Assembly: GCF_020085105.1 (NCBI RefSeq)
Contig: NC_058053.1
Span: 24,541,196 to 24,605,195, forward strand
Direction: 5' to 3'
From: Siniperca chuatsi
Taxonomy: Eukaryota
DNA length: 64,000 nucleotides
Numbering within the stretch: the first letter of the stretch is position 1; each line of letters opens with the position of its first letter. The position numbers and the translations under genes are program-made. Under the pieces are notes generated by a model that did not search any database, was not told the origin of the DNA, and saw only the letters and a program-made list of their open reading frames with translations. Positions 63,721-64,000 of the stretch are shown piece after piece.

Positions 63721-64000
63721 TACAATCTTGAATACAACGTGTATTTCCCTATTCTTGGATGTTTCCTATTTAATTAACTTCTTAGATGAAATTTTAAGTG
63801 GTTTGAAGTTTATTATTATATTCTGTGTTGTATTCACTTATTTCTTATTTGTATGTGTATGTGTATGTAGAGCACATTGAGCTGAATTCAATGCATTAAT
63901 TATGTTCTATAAATAAAATGTATTATTGTAATAATTGTGAATAAATTATAGCTCAGTTTTCATCTCTGCAAAGAGAATTTGCTCCCCCGCTTTGTCTTTG

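Noticed and set aside
1-64000. Prokaryotic-style novel system (operon, defence island, CRISPR array)
   Set aside because: The sequence is eukaryotic (spliceosomal signals, vertebrate SINEs and LINEs, microsatellites). There are no tandem co-oriented long ORFs, no RBS or terminator structure, and no repeat-spacer array. The tandem repeats here are simple microsatellites without unique spacers.

Overview
The window is vertebrate nuclear DNA. Its repeat content indicates a teleost, probably a percomorph. It is AT-rich and repeat-dense: microsatellites of many motifs, at least three lineages of 5'-truncated non-LTR retrotransposons (LINEs), two tRNA-derived SINEs, and a MITE-like family with 21-bp terminal inverted repeats. 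I see nothing prokaryotic: no operons, no CRISPR array, no rRNA or tRNA genes. Almost all ORFs in the supplied track are translation artefacts of microsatellites or TE relics. I cannot demonstrate an intact, conserved host gene. The strongest gene-like signals are two. One is a three-exon, in-frame, transposase-like gene (paired HTH plus the start of a Tc1/IS630-type DDE fold, with a degenerate catalytic motif) at ~53.9-54.9 kb. The other is a single exon-like segment at ~6.9 kb resembling the D-2-hydroxyacid-dehydrogenase (GRHPR-like) family, carrying an in-frame stop. Other points of interest are a LINE flanked on both sides by (GA)n, a LINE-in-LINE nested insertion, a SINE split by a ~0.6 kb insertion, two strong hairpins/palindromes, and TTAGGG-like degenerate subrepeats inside the MITE family. 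I find no evidence of a novel biological system beyond this mobile-element landscape. Every call rests on reading the sequence and on remembered family motifs, so each needs a database search to confirm.
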